Of a stretch of 64,000 nt of DNA, positions 45,151-55,320 are shown piece after piece. Below the pieces are notes generated by a model that was given only the letters and a program-made list of their open reading frames with translations, was not told the origin of the DNA and did not search any database. Every line of letters starts with the position of its first letter. Positions within the stretch are counted from its first letter, which is position 1. The stretch covers positions 20,106-84,105 of the forward strand of contig JACPSZ010000008.1 in assembly GCA_024860875.1 (NCBI GenBank), given 5' to 3'. The translations under genes were made by a program, and so were the position numbers. Source of the stretch: Nitrososphaerota archaeon (GTDB lineage Archaea > Thermoproteota > Nitrososphaeria > Nitrososphaerales > UBA57).

Positions 45151-45852
45151 TCAAAATCCTATTAGTTTGCGTATAGTTTGACGATCTTTCAGCAATTCGG
45201 TGCTGAAACGTTCAAGTATTATTCTGCCCTCTTGCATGAAAATTGCCCTGTCTGAAACCTTCAAAGCTCCTATAATGTCCTGCTCTACTATGATGACTGA
45301 AAATCTACCCTTCATGCTTCTTATCGTACTGAATATTTGCTGCTTAATTATGGGTGCAAGACCCAGCGAGGGTTCGTCGAGCATCAGTAGCTTCGGTTCT
45401 GACAGCAACCCTCTCGCTATGGCGAGCATCTGCTTCTCACCTCCGCTTAAAGTTCCAGCCTTCTGATGCTTCCTTTCGGCTAATTTCGGAAACATCGAGA
45501 AAACAACTGCGCTGTTTTTTTCTATGCTATTCCTTGCGTCTTTTCTGAAGGCTCCAAGTTCTATATTTTCCAAGACTGTCATGGAAGGGAATATTCTGTT
45601 GCCTTCCTGAACGTATATTATGCCGAGCCCTGCCCTCTGATCAGGCTTCAGATTATCCATTGCAACATCATTTAGGGAAATCGAACCTTTTGACTGTCTC
45701 ACAAGGCCGCAGATTGTTTTTAGCAGGGTTGACTTGCCAGCTCCATTATGTCCAGAGATCGCTACTATCTCGTTGTCGCCAACGTTTAGGGATATGTCGG
45801 AGATTACAGTGTTACTGTTTCTGACTACGCTTACATCACTAATTTTCAACAT
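45151..45852 (-). CDS. livF: branched-chain amino acid ABC transporter ATP-binding protein (LivF-like)
   Basis: GHNGAGKST, LSGGEKQMLAIARGL, LMLDEPSLGLAP. Confidence 0.85.
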   Translation of the reverse strand: MLKISDVSVVRNSNTVISDISLNVGDNEIVAISGHNGAGKSTLLKTICGLVRQSKGSISLNDVAMDNLKPDQRAGLGIIYVQEGNRIFPSMTVLENIELGAFRKDARNSIEKNSAVVFSMFPKLAERKHQKAGTLSGGEKQMLAIARGLLSEPKLLMLDEPSLGLAPIIKQQIFSTIRSMKGRFSVIIVEQDIIGALKVSDRAIFMQEGRIILERFSTELLKDRQTIRKLIGF

Positions 45853-46558
45853 TGCTTTCGCCCAAGTATGTTTCTATCACGGCAGGGTTGTTGCGAACCT
45901 CGTCAAACGAGCCTTTTGCTATTACCTTCCCTCTATGGAGAGCTACGAATTCCTTTGCGACCTTTGCCAAATGCCCTACCAGATGACCGGAGATCAAAGT
46001 CGAGGTTCCAAATTCATCACGCATCCTTAATAGCAAATTTGACATACGTTCTATTTCTGAAGTATTAAGGCCTGAAAAGGGTTCATCCACGAGCAGTAGT
46101 TTAGGTTTCATGGCCATAACTCTGGCAAGTTCAAGGAATCGAAGTTTTGCAAAGCTTAAACCCGCTGCATCTGTGTCTGCTTCATTTTCAAGACTACATT
46201 GCACCAGAATACGCAATAGGCTTTCTTTAGATGCAGTACCAGTTAGAAGCGATGCAGTCTTCACATTTTCCAAAACGGTCATTCCGCAAAGGGGTTGCGG
46301 ATCCTGAAACGTTCTGGATACGCCTCTTCTTGCAATTACGTATGGTTTGAAGCCTGCAATGTTAATCCCGTTGAACAGAATATTGCCTCCTTGAGGCCGA
46401 AGAGTTCCGCTTATCAGGTTGAACAGCGTAGATTTACCTGATCCATTTGGGCCTATTATGGCAGTTATTGTATTGTCTTCAAGATCTAAATACACGTCTT
46501 CAAGAACCTTGAGCGGCCCGAACACATGGGATAGATTTTCAATTTTAAGAACTTGCAC
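45839..46558 (-). CDS. livG: branched-chain amino acid ABC transporter ATP-binding protein (LivG-like)
   Basis: GPNGSGKST, LLLVDEPFSGL. Confidence 0.85.
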   Translation of the reverse strand: MQVLKIENLSHVFGPLKVLEDVYLDLEDNTITAIIGPNGSGKSTLFNLISGTLRPQGGNILFNGINIAGFKPYVIARRGVSRTFQDPQPLCGMTVLENVKTASLLTGTASKESLLRILVQCSLENEADTDAAGLSFAKLRFLELARVMAMKPKLLLVDEPFSGLNTSEIERMSNLLLRMRDEFGTSTLISGHLVGHLAKVAKEFVALHRGKVIAKGSFDEVRNNPAVIETYLGESNVEN

Positions 46559-47492
46559 TTCTCACACCTGATTTGTTTTTAAGAAACCTCGAATTTTTCA
46601 AGACGATAAGGTTCTTCGGGTATAAGGCGGCCAATATTAGCAGAATCCCAAGCATAAAATCAGTGAGCTGGGGAATTGTCGTTACAAATATCTCTGACGC
46701 AAGTGCAACTATTGTAACTCCTATTAGCGGCGCTACTATGCTGAAGGAGCCCAAGAGAATTGCCATTATGACTGGCAGGAAGGTGATAGAAATTCCGAAT
46801 GAGCTTTCTGACGTCACAAAGCCGTTATAGGATGTAGATAAAATTCCTGCAATGCCAGCAAATAACGAACCTATAATGAGGACGATGACCTTGTTCACCG
46901 CTGCATTGATTCCTAGTGTGCTTGCAACAATCTCATTGCCCTTTATGCTCCTCATCCTGTAACCGAAAGAGGATTTCCGTATTGCTGCTGTCAGCAAGAG
47001 CAATACAGCGTTAAGAAATGCAAGAATGTAATATGCAGAATATGCAGAACCTACTGTGACACTGACAATTATCCCTTGATAGCCTCCTGTAAGCCATCCT
47101 AAATTGTAGGCAAGGGCCTGTGCAAATAAGACAAGTGCAAGAGTTCCTATGGCGTAGTACGCACCCTTCAGTCTTACGATAAAAATTCCCGAAAGAGCAG
47201 AGAAGAACAAGATTGCTAATATTGAAACGACTACAGCCAGAGTAGCAGACCAATTATGGCTCAAAGCAAAGGCAAATGCGTATGCGCCAACGCCGAATGG
47301 TACCGAATTGCCTAGATTCATGTAGCCTGTGTCTGCATATACCAGATTGAAGGACAGCGAGCAAAGTGCAAGAACCATTATGCCGTTCAGCAGGAAAACT
47401 ATGTACGAACTTGAAACAAAGGGAACTGCTGACATGGTTGCTAAGGCGAGTGTTGCTATCACGATATCTTCAGCTGTCTTCATAATAATCAT
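46545..47492 (-). CDS. livM: branched-chain amino acid ABC transporter permease (LivM-like)
   Basis: Polytopic protein occupying the livM position in the K-H-M-G-F order. Confidence 0.8.
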   Translation of the reverse strand: MIIMKTAEDIVIATLALATMSAVPFVSSSYIVFLLNGIMVLALCSLSFNLVYADTGYMNLGNSVPFGVGAYAFAFALSHNWSATLAVVVSILAILFFSALSGIFIVRLKGAYYAIGTLALVLFAQALAYNLGWLTGGYQGIIVSVTVGSAYSAYYILAFLNAVLLLLTAAIRKSSFGYRMRSIKGNEIVASTLGINAAVNKVIVLIIGSLFAGIAGILSTSYNGFVTSESSFGISITFLPVIMAILLGSFSIVAPLIGVTIVALASEIFVTTIPQLTDFMLGILLILAALYPKNLIVLKNSRFLKNKSGVRSASS

Positions 47493-48355
47493 CTCCTCAA
47501 AAGCCCTTCAGATTTTATGAGCACAACCACAAGAAGCACTACAAGGCTGATGGAATTAGACCACGCAGTGTCAAGGAAAAAACCTGCAAAGGTTTCGCTT
47601 ATGCCTAAGGCTATTGAAGCTGCAAGGGAGCCGAGTATGCTGCCAAGGCCTCCAAGAATTATAATCGCAAGAACCTTGAGAGTTATGGGGAACCCCATAT
47701 TTGGTGAGATGTTAAAAACAAGAAGCAGGAGTATTCCTCCAAGAGCTGACAATGCTGTGCCAAGACCAAAGGTTATAGAAGTAATCCTGTCGAAGTTAAT
47801 CCCCATTAACTGCGCAGTCTCTGCATCGTCTATAGTCGCTCGGAGAGCCTTTCCATACCATGTTTTGTAAACTATGAAATGAAGAATAACCGTCGTTATT
47901 GCAACCACGGCCAAGAGCAGCAATCTAAGCGTAGAAACTGTTATTTCTCCGAATGAAATTGGCAAAAATTGATAGTTGACACCGAAGTTCCTCGGAATTA
48001 TTATCGATACAATGGATTCTGTTACAAGAGCGAAGCCAAGAGTGCCAAGTATTAGTGCCTCGATCCTGCGTTCCCTGTTAAAAGACAGCATCCTGTGAAT
48101 CAGCAGTGTTTCATATACATAACCAGCAACAAAGAACAGAGGAACTACGAGCATTGCAACAAAGAGCAGGTTTAGACCTGTGGCTTGAATAACGACAAAA
48201 GAAACTGCCGCTGCAAAAACCGCAAAGGCTCCGTGAGCAAGGTTCAGAACTCTTGCAATGCCGAAGATAAGGCTCAGGCCTATGGCAGATAGGCCGTAGA
48301 TGCCGCCCAAAAGTATGCCGAAGATTAGGAGCTCTAGCAGGGGAGCAAGCGTCAT
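47489..48355 (-). CDS. livH: branched-chain amino acid ABC transporter permease (LivH-like)
   Basis: Polytopic. NLAHGAF motif typical of LivH. Confidence 0.8.
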   Translation of the reverse strand: MTLAPLLELLIFGILLGGIYGLSAIGLSLIFGIARVLNLAHGAFAVFAAAVSFVVIQATGLNLLFVAMLVVPLFFVAGYVYETLLIHRMLSFNRERRIEALILGTLGFALVTESIVSIIIPRNFGVNYQFLPISFGEITVSTLRLLLLAVVAITTVILHFIVYKTWYGKALRATIDDAETAQLMGINFDRITSITFGLGTALSALGGILLLLVFNISPNMGFPITLKVLAIIILGGLGSILGSLAASIALGISETFAGFFLDTAWSNSISLVVLLVVVLIKSEGLLRR

Positions 48356-48362
48356 TGCTTAC

Positions 48363-49625
48363 CTAAGGCGAAGGATATGCATAGTCGCCTTTCTTCGTTT
48401 CTGAAGGCCAGACTACTACTACCTTCCCGTTTTGCATCTGCACTGGGAATGGCACTAGTGTTCCGACGCCTTTGAAGTTGCCAAAACTCTTGAAGTGAAC
48501 CTCCCCGCTTATTGTTGGAATTGACAGATTCTTCAGGCCATCCTTCAGCTGTGCTTTGTCAAGTGTGCCTACGCGCTCTATTGCTGCTCCGATTATCTCT
48601 AAACCGTAATAGTGTACTGCTGCCCAAGGATAGTCAACGTTTGTAATACCTGCTTTTGCCATTGCCTGCATGAACATTTCTTTGCCCCAGACCCCTCCGT
48701 ATAAAACGTCGTCAGTCCAGTACCATTCTCCCGTGATGTAATTTGCAGAATCAACGCCAACGGATTCAATGAAGCCTTTTACCAGTTGCGGGACATGGAA
48801 TTCTCTTGGTTTCAATCCCTGCTCCTTTGCCTGCTTGACGAACGTTGCCGCGTCTGGCGCAAGTGCTGCAACAAAAACAATATCTGGGTTTGCTTCTTTG
48901 AGCTTGATTATTGCTGCGGTAAAGTCCTTCGTGCCTACTGGCACAATGTTCTCGCTGGTTATAGTAAGACCAGCTTGAGGAGCAAACGTCTTGCCCCCCG
49001 CAAGCACCCCTTGTCCGAAGGGTTCATCAGTAGCAACGAACCCGATGGTCTTGGCCTGCCCTTTTGCCTTTACCATGTCGAAGTACGTCTTCGGCCAATT
49101 TGTGATCAAATCAATCCCAACGAAGACCCAGTCAGAGCCTTGGTTGAATATTGGAGGAGCACCCGCAGAAGTTGCAATAAGAGGAATGCTGTTCCTTGTA
49201 GCTACTGCAACAAGAGGAACAGTAAGAGTGCTTGAATAAGGCCCGATAAGGACATCAACCTTGTCTTCAGAGATTAGCTTCTCGTAGAGCCTTGTTGCTG
49301 TTGTAGCATCACTTTGATCATCATATACTATCACTTTTACTGGTAACCTCTTACCATATTCGCTTACGTACAATCCTCCCCTTTCGTTGATTTGAGTCGC
49401 CCAAGCGTCATAGAGCCTATTGAAGGTTCCAGCTACTGGTGAAAACTGCCCGGAAAGAGGCAATGTCCCTCCAATTTTTATCACTCTGCTCTGCTCTGGC
49501 GTTGTAACGGGAGCCTCTTGAGCAGTCTTTGACGGCACGAGCATAGGTAAAGCGGCATACCAGACCAGCGAAACGACTAAAGCTGTAACGATTACTGATG
49601 TGACAAGTTTCGAGCTAGATTGCAT
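48363..49625 (-). CDS. livK: Leu/Ile/Val-type periplasmic-binding-fold substrate-binding protein
   Basis: N-terminal anchor, IKIGGTLPLSG start of the type I PBP fold. First gene of the operon. Confidence 0.8.
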   Translation of the reverse strand: MQSSSKLVTSVIVTALVVSLVWYAALPMLVPSKTAQEAPVTTPEQSRVIKIGGTLPLSGQFSPVAGTFNRLYDAWATQINERGGLYVSEYGKRLPVKVIVYDDQSDATTATRLYEKLISEDKVDVLIGPYSSTLTVPLVAVATRNSIPLIATSAGAPPIFNQGSDWVFVGIDLITNWPKTYFDMVKAKGQAKTIGFVATDEPFGQGVLAGGKTFAPQAGLTITSENIVPVGTKDFTAAIIKLKEANPDIVFVAALAPDAATFVKQAKEQGLKPREFHVPQLVKGFIESVGVDSANYITGEWYWTDDVLYGGVWGKEMFMQAMAKAGITNVDYPWAAVHYYGLEIIGAAIERVGTLDKAQLKDGLKNLSIPTISGEVHFKSFGNFKGVGTLVPFPVQMQNGKVVVVWPSETKKGDYAYPSP

Positions 49626-49666
49626 AAACCACTATTCAGTGGTAATAGGATATATGGTTTGCTGAG

Positions 49667-50434
49667 CTATTTTCTATAGCAGTAAATTGCGTAGCCCAGC
49701 TTCCCGTTCTCCTTTATCCAGCGCATATATCGAGTCTGGTACCTTACCCTGTTTCGAGTCGCTAATGGTAGAGTTGCGAATTTTAGTACGCCTTTGAGCG
49801 TGTTCAATAATCCTTCGGTAGCTACGATCTCGCTGAGCGGATAAGGTACAACAGCCTTTTTTGTGAAGAATGAATAGTACTCATTCAACCCCGCTGCTTC
49901 AAAGGTGCTCTTCCATTCTTCGTGCCTTAACGGCACAAAAGGTTCTCCTGTAAGCTCCATTATTCTCTGCATCAAAGGTTTGTCTGGCTCATCACTCCAC
50001 GCAAATTCCAGCGAGCCGTACCTCCCTCCCGCTTTCAGAACCCTTGCAAGCTCTTTTACTACCCTGCTTTTGTCAACCTGCAACAAAACAGACTGTATGT
50101 AAACCACATCAAAATTTGAATTAATAAATGGCAGGTTTTGCGCGTCCCCTTTTAGCACTGTAATTCTATCCTGCAGATTTTGCTTCTTGATTCTGTTTTG
50201 TGCCATTTCGACCATCTTTTCGCTGCGGTCAATCCCTACAGCACTGCACCGTTTGCTTTGTACCAATTCGACCAAATCCCTAGCAGTCCCGCACCCAACA
50301 TCGAGCACATAATCGTCTGCAACAATCCCAAGCCTGTCAAGAAGCTCCTTGGTGGCTTTACGTCCCCCGGGATGAAGTGATGTGATGTCGAGCGATGCTA
50401 CAAGCTCAAGAAAAGACGGTTCAGAACTGCTCAT
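49667..50434 (-). CDS. class I SAM-dependent methyltransferase
   Basis: VLDVGCGTARD motif I and FDVVYIQSVL. Confidence 0.8.
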   Translation of the reverse strand: MSSSEPSFLELVASLDITSLHPGGRKATKELLDRLGIVADDYVLDVGCGTARDLVELVQSKRCSAVGIDRSEKMVEMAQNRIKKQNLQDRITVLKGDAQNLPFINSNFDVVYIQSVLLQVDKSRVVKELARVLKAGGRYGSLEFAWSDEPDKPLMQRIMELTGEPFVPLRHEEWKSTFEAAGLNEYYSFFTKKAVVPYPLSEIVATEGLLNTLKGVLKFATLPLATRNRVRYQTRYMRWIKENGKLGYAIYCYRK

Positions 50435-52870
50435 CTAGTTTACCCTTTTAGTTCTGCCTCTTAAAATAAACGCAATTGCCAGCACTGCGGCTACTGATGC
50501 TACTGCGATTATGATATTGCTGTAGTCAGCCCTCCATCTTGCAGTGACAATTTTGGGCAAGTCCATAACTATTGAGGCTGCAGGCGTTCGGGCACTAGAG
50601 TCTCCTTCCCAGCCGTCGAATACTTGTTCTCCAAGAAGCCCAATTCGGGACTCTATGGAAAACTGCACCACAGCGCCTTGATCATGCCATCCTTCTCCCT
50701 CCGGGTTACCTATACTCGAAACCACCTTTAGATAGTGCTGAGTCTTCCAGCTTGCTTCAGCAAAAATTGGCTTCGTAACTGGAACGGAAACCTCTGATGC
50801 TTTGTCATTGACATCGCCAGACCAGCCTATGAAAACATCCCTCGAAGCATTGGATGCCTTTTCGGAAGATCTTGCGTTTAGAATTACAATGATGCCTTTG
50901 TCATGCCAGCCTCCCCCTTCAACATCTCCTCCATTCGTCTTGATGTTTACAAAGAACTGTGTCCCCCACACAGCAGCGATTTTCTTTGGTCCGTCCACGA
51001 GCAAAGTTTCGTTTGCCGTTTTGCTCATAAAGTCGCCCTCCCAACCTGCAAAGACTCTCCGAGTCCCATTTCCGTGATCAACAACTGCTGGAACGGAAAA
51101 GTGAGCTCGGCTCCCTCCATCGTACCAGCCTCCCCCTGACGGTCTTCCGAAAGGAGACTCTATGGTCAAGAAATACTGCCCGGAAAAAAGTGCGCTGATG
51201 GCTTCTTGGGAGCCATCGTAAGTTATCCTTCTTTGCGGTTGAGATGAACCATCGCTCCATCCATTGAACCTATATCGCCGGGGACCATCATCGATATTCT
51301 GTGACTGTATTGTAAATACATGCTCGGAACCAAATTGCCATACGAACGCCTTTGGAAGTTCAGATGGTCCGTATGAGATCCCATCTACTAAAATTGAAGA
51401 AACCTTCGGTACTGAATTCAGGTAGGGGAATTTTATATTTACTCTCCCCGAACCATATACACCGTCCTTGCCCCTAATCCCAAGATCTACCGCAGTTCGC
51501 TCTAGGAGCATTTGAAGCTCATCTGGTGCGAGAGTAGGGTTTCCGCTTAGGAGCAGTGCAGCCAAACCAGCAACAACAGGTGCAGAGGGAGAGGTCCCTC
51601 TGAATGGTGATCTAAAGGCAGATGTCGTGAGAGCATCTGGTGCTACTAAATCTGGTTTTATCCTTCCATCCTTGGTAGGGCCTCTCGAGCTGTAGGGTCG
51701 TATCAAATCATCGGGCATGGAAATTGCTCCTACCGTAATCGCTCCCCTTGCATCTCCCACATGAACGATGCTACCCTCTGGCACAAAGTACTGTATGAAG
51801 TTGGGAGCAACAAAAAGGTCGAAGCTAACATCCCTGCTTGCCTTAGTCTTCCTTATTTCTATGTAGTATGTGCCTGATGAGGATGGAGTGAACTTTAACG
51901 ACTCTGTTGGTGGCTGAGAGCCGCTCTGAGCATTTGCCGAAATGGCAACGATCCTTCCCTGAGAATCTGTCAGAAGTAAGTCGTAATCCTGAGCTGTAAA
52001 AGGCCACTCATCCCAGCTCAGCTTTATGTCGACAGGCTCGCCTCTCATCAGCTCAACAGCGTTCCTTTCATCCTGTCCAGAAAATTCGTGGAGGTTGTTT
52101 CTGTCATCGTCTTTGAATTTGCCAGCCCAGTGACTTTCTCCTGCATTGCCAGCAGCCGCAATAGGCAGAATGCCCATAGACCTTGCCTTATCCATAGCCC
52201 TCGAAGGTCTACTGCTTCCATCGTAAGGTCCAAGGTTCAAGAACCCAACTGATGTTGAAATTATATTGACATTGCGTTGGATTGCAAAATCAACAGCGTT
52301 CACAAATTCCGTCCCTGTTTCGGCATTGTAGAGATACAGTTCAACGTCAGGTGCAATGCCTACAAGTACCTCTGCAACAGCAACTCCATGTTGAGGATTT
52401 TCTGCTCTTATGTTTCCATCAAACCTGAATGAGCGCATTTCCTTGACGTTTTGGGTAAATTGTATAAGTGATGGTTCGAATCCGATATCGATGACTGCAA
52501 CTTTGATGCCCTTTCCTGCAAGACCAAATGAATGTGCTATGTTAGCCCTTGTATAATTTACAGCTTCGTTGGTCAATGCATATTGAACTGCTGGCTCTGC
52601 AAAAGTGTGGCCAAGCACAAAAGGCAAGGAAGCAAGTTCGCTTAGCTTTGTCTCTGGTATTGTTCCTTGAATCAGGTTATCTGATTGTAATTCAAACTTA
52701 AAGCCAATTTCCTGCAATTTATTTAATGAATAACCGTTCGGCTTGACTTCCAGCGTAATTCTTCTCAGCGAACCTGTATGTGCTATATTGGAAACATCAG
52801 CATAAGCAGAGATGGGCAATAGGAGGTCTAAAGCTATTAGGGCAACTAGCAGGGCAGAAAGCAGTTTCAA
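50435..52870 (-). CDS. subtilisin-like (S8) serine protease with C-terminal GW-type repeats and TM anchor
   Basis: Triad contexts VAVIDIGF (Asp), HGVAVAEV (His), GTSPSAPVVAGLAAL (Ser). Four C-terminal repeats ending F[NAID]GW[SE]GD. Terminal TM. Confidence 0.85.
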   Translation of the reverse strand: MKLLSALLVALIALDLLLPISAYADVSNIAHTGSLRRITLEVKPNGYSLNKLQEIGFKFELQSDNLIQGTIPETKLSELASLPFVLGHTFAEPAVQYALTNEAVNYTRANIAHSFGLAGKGIKVAVIDIGFEPSLIQFTQNVKEMRSFRFDGNIRAENPQHGVAVAEVLVGIAPDVELYLYNAETGTEFVNAVDFAIQRNVNIISTSVGFLNLGPYDGSSRPSRAMDKARSMGILPIAAAGNAGESHWAGKFKDDDRNNLHEFSGQDERNAVELMRGEPVDIKLSWDEWPFTAQDYDLLLTDSQGRIVAISANAQSGSQPPTESLKFTPSSSGTYYIEIRKTKASRDVSFDLFVAPNFIQYFVPEGSIVHVGDARGAITVGAISMPDDLIRPYSSRGPTKDGRIKPDLVAPDALTTSAFRSPFRGTSPSAPVVAGLAALLLSGNPTLAPDELQMLLERTAVDLGIRGKDGVYGSGRVNIKFPYLNSVPKVSSILVDGISYGPSELPKAFVWQFGSEHVFTIQSQNIDDGPRRYRFNGWSDGSSQPQRRITYDGSQEAISALFSGQYFLTIESPFGRPSGGGWYDGGSRAHFSVPAVVDHGNGTRRVFAGWEGDFMSKTANETLLVDGPKKIAAVWGTQFFVNIKTNGGDVEGGGWHDKGIIVILNARSSEKASNASRDVFIGWSGDVNDKASEVSVPVTKPIFAEASWKTQHYLKVVSSIGNPEGEGWHDQGAVVQFSIESRIGLLGEQVFDGWEGDSSARTPAASIVMDLPKIVTARWRADYSNIIIAVASVAAVLAIAFILRGRTKRVN

Positions 52871-52872
52871 GA

Positions 52873-54093
52873 TTACGATAGACCCAGTATGTGTTCAAGT
52901 GCCTTGATGTCTGCTTCGACTTCTATGGGCTTCTCGAAGAACTTCGTAATTACGTCTGGGTCTTTCAAGCCATGTCCAGTTGCCACGCATACAACTTCAT
53001 CGTCCTTCTTTATCGTGCCATTTCTGATAAGGTTTTTTGCAGCAGCAACGGGTGTAGCACTTGCAGGTTCGACAAAAATTCCTTCCAGTTTTGCCATTGA
53101 ACCTTGGGCGCTGAGTATTTCCTCATCAGTGACCTTTGTTGCCAATCCATTGGATTCATGGATTGCCTTCAGAGCCTTCTTCCAGCTCTGTGGGGCTCCA
53201 ATCCTAATCGCGGTTGCTATGGTTTCAGGTTTCTCAATAAACTTGATTTCTGATGAGCCTTTCTCAAAAGCTTCTGCTATTGGTGCTGCGCCTGCAGCCT
53301 GAACCCCGACCATCCTTGGTAGTTTGCTGATGTAGCCGAGAGACTTGGACTCCTGGAGCCCTTTCCATATTGCGCTTATGTTTCCAGCATTGCCTACTGG
53401 CACAACTATCCAGTCTGGCACATGACCCAATTGTTCACAAACTTCGAATGCAAGAGTCTTCTGTCCCTCGAGCCTGAAGGGGTTTACAGAATTTAGAAGA
53501 TATACATCCTTGTACCTCTCCGCTAGATCCATCACCATTTCGAGGGCTTCATCAAAGTTTCCCTTCACCTGCACAACTTGAGCGCCGCACATCATCGCTT
53601 GTGCTAGTTTTCCATAAGCAACTTTGCCAGACGGTATCAGCACTATGCGCTTTAGACCTGCACGGGCAGCGTATGCTGCAAGAGAAGCAGATGTGTTGCC
53701 AGTAGAGGCGCAGATTACCCATGAAACTCCCAGTTCGAGAGCCTTTGAGACTCCGACTGTCATACCCCTGTCCTTGAAGGAGCCAGTAGGATTCTCACCT
53801 TCATTTTTTATGTGAATGGTCTTCAACCCAAGAAATGCTGCCAGCCTTTCGCACTTGTGCAGTCCAGTTCCTCCTTCGTTCAGTGCAATGCGGGTTGCTC
53901 CGTCCTTGAAGGGCAAGAATGGATGGTAGCGCCATACGGAGAGAGGGAGCCTCCTCCAGTCTGATGAGCTGGCTTTCTTTTCAAACTCGGATGTATCATA
54001 AACGACCTCGAGCAGATCGTTGCACGACTTGCAGTAGTATATCATCTCGTCAATTGGATATTCTCTGGAGCAACTTATGCACTTGAGTTTCAT
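52873..54093 (-). CDS. thrC: threonine synthase
   Basis: N-terminal zinc ribbon CISC...CKSC and PLP lysine block NPTGSFKDRG. Confidence 0.9.
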   Translation of the reverse strand: MKLKCISCSREYPIDEMIYYCKSCNDLLEVVYDTSEFEKKASSSDWRRLPLSVWRYHPFLPFKDGATRIALNEGGTGLHKCERLAAFLGLKTIHIKNEGENPTGSFKDRGMTVGVSKALELGVSWVICASTGNTSASLAAYAARAGLKRIVLIPSGKVAYGKLAQAMMCGAQVVQVKGNFDEALEMVMDLAERYKDVYLLNSVNPFRLEGQKTLAFEVCEQLGHVPDWIVVPVGNAGNISAIWKGLQESKSLGYISKLPRMVGVQAAGAAPIAEAFEKGSSEIKFIEKPETIATAIRIGAPQSWKKALKAIHESNGLATKVTDEEILSAQGSMAKLEGIFVEPASATPVAAAKNLIRNGTIKKDDEVVCVATGHGLKDPDVITKFFEKPIEVEADIKALEHILGLS

Positions 54094-55022
54094 CGATTTA
54101 GTACGCTAGCTCCTTTGCCAATCTTCGTGATAATGATTTCGGAACCTACGCCTGCCGAGGCAAAGCCTTTTTTCATCGCCTCTGCAACCTTAGCCGCTTT
54201 TACCTTCTTCAAGTTTACAAAAGCTACCATTGAGGGGCCCGCACCACTTATCGCTACACCGCATGCGCCGGCTTTGAGTGCCATCCTTCTGATTTCATGG
54301 TAGCCAGGTACCAAAGATGCTCTTGCGGGTTCGACTATCTTGTCTGACATCGCTCTTCCTATCAAATCAATATCACCTTTGGCAAAGGCCGCAACCATCA
54401 TCGATGCTGAGGCTAAGTTGTGTATCATGTATGCAAGTGGTACGGATTTCGGAAGCACTGCTCTTGCTTGGCCTGTCTTCTTTGGAGGCGTGGGAATCTT
54501 TGGCGTTGCTATGCAGATGCCAAGGTTCTTTGGAGCAGCGAAATTAACTATATCCATAGATTCTGCAGAGCGGACTACTACGAACCCTCCGAACAAAGAA
54601 CCTGCAACATTGTCGTAATGGCCGACACCTGCAGAAGCGACTTCACCGCTGGCTGCGAAGCGCAGGAGCTCTGAATTGCTTAATTTGAGATCGAGGAGTT
54701 TGTTAAGACCATAAGCTACAGCAGAAGCCGTTGCGGCACTGCTACCTAAACCGTAGCCAGCGGGTACTCCTTTTTGAATTTCAATTGTACACCCCTCAGA
54801 AATTTTAAACTCTTCAAAGATATTGGATGCTACTAGCCCTCCGGTATTTTCCCTGACTTCAGAGGGAATCTTTGCTCTCTTTACTTTAATCCTTATGCCC
54901 TTTTGCTTCTCCAATGTTATGGAGACTAAATCGTAAATACCATCAATTGCAATGGCGAAAGTGTCAAAGCCCGGGCCCAAATTTGCACTGGAAGCAGGTC
55001 CCTTTACAACTATCTTCTGCAT
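54090..55022 (-). CDS. thrB: homoserine kinase (GHMP family)
   Basis: PASSANLGPGFD and GHMP motif VPAGYGLGSSAATASA. Trimmed to the ATG at 55022 because the tracked extension to 55145 runs into tRNA-Leu. Confidence 0.85.
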   Translation of the reverse strand: MQKIVVKGPASSANLGPGFDTFAIAIDGIYDLVSITLEKQKGIRIKVKRAKIPSEVRENTGGLVASNIFEEFKISEGCTIEIQKGVPAGYGLGSSAATASAVAYGLNKLLDLKLSNSELLRFAASGEVASAGVGHYDNVAGSLFGGFVVVRSAESMDIVNFAAPKNLGICIATPKIPTPPKKTGQARAVLPKSVPLAYMIHNLASASMMVAAFAKGDIDLIGRAMSDKIVEPARASLVPGYHEIRRMALKAGACGVAISGAGPSMVAFVNLKKVKAAKVAEAMKKGFASAGVGSEIIITKIGKGASVLNR

Positions 55023-55113
55023 CAATTTACTAGCGCTAAACTTATGCTTGATAAAGGTAAAGCTTTGCAAATATCGATTCATATATCTGTAGGATTCCTG
55101 ACTGCTATCTCGT

Positions 55114-55242
55114 GCGGGGGTAGCGAAACGAGAACTGTCGCGCAAAGCCCGGTCAACCGCGAGGGACTCAAGATCAAATGGGCTTGCTGGGTAATCCCTT
55201 CTCGTTAGGAGTTCGTGGGTTCAAATCCCACCCCCCGCACCA
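55114..55242 (+). tRNA. tRNA-Leu (CAA) with two introns, CCA encoded
   Basis: Acceptor GCGGGGG/CCCCCGC, anticodon arm AGGGA-CTCAAG[21-nt intron 55173-55193]A-TCCCT, long variable arm, T-arm GTGGG-TTCAAAT-CCCAC. An extra about 18 nt (about 55128-55145) sits in the D-arm. Confidence 0.85.
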
Positions 55243-55320
55243 CTTTAAACGAAAAATGCAAGGAGATAGTACCCAGTGCGGATGTAGGCGATGGAACTAA
55301 AGAGAGATTTATCATATTAA

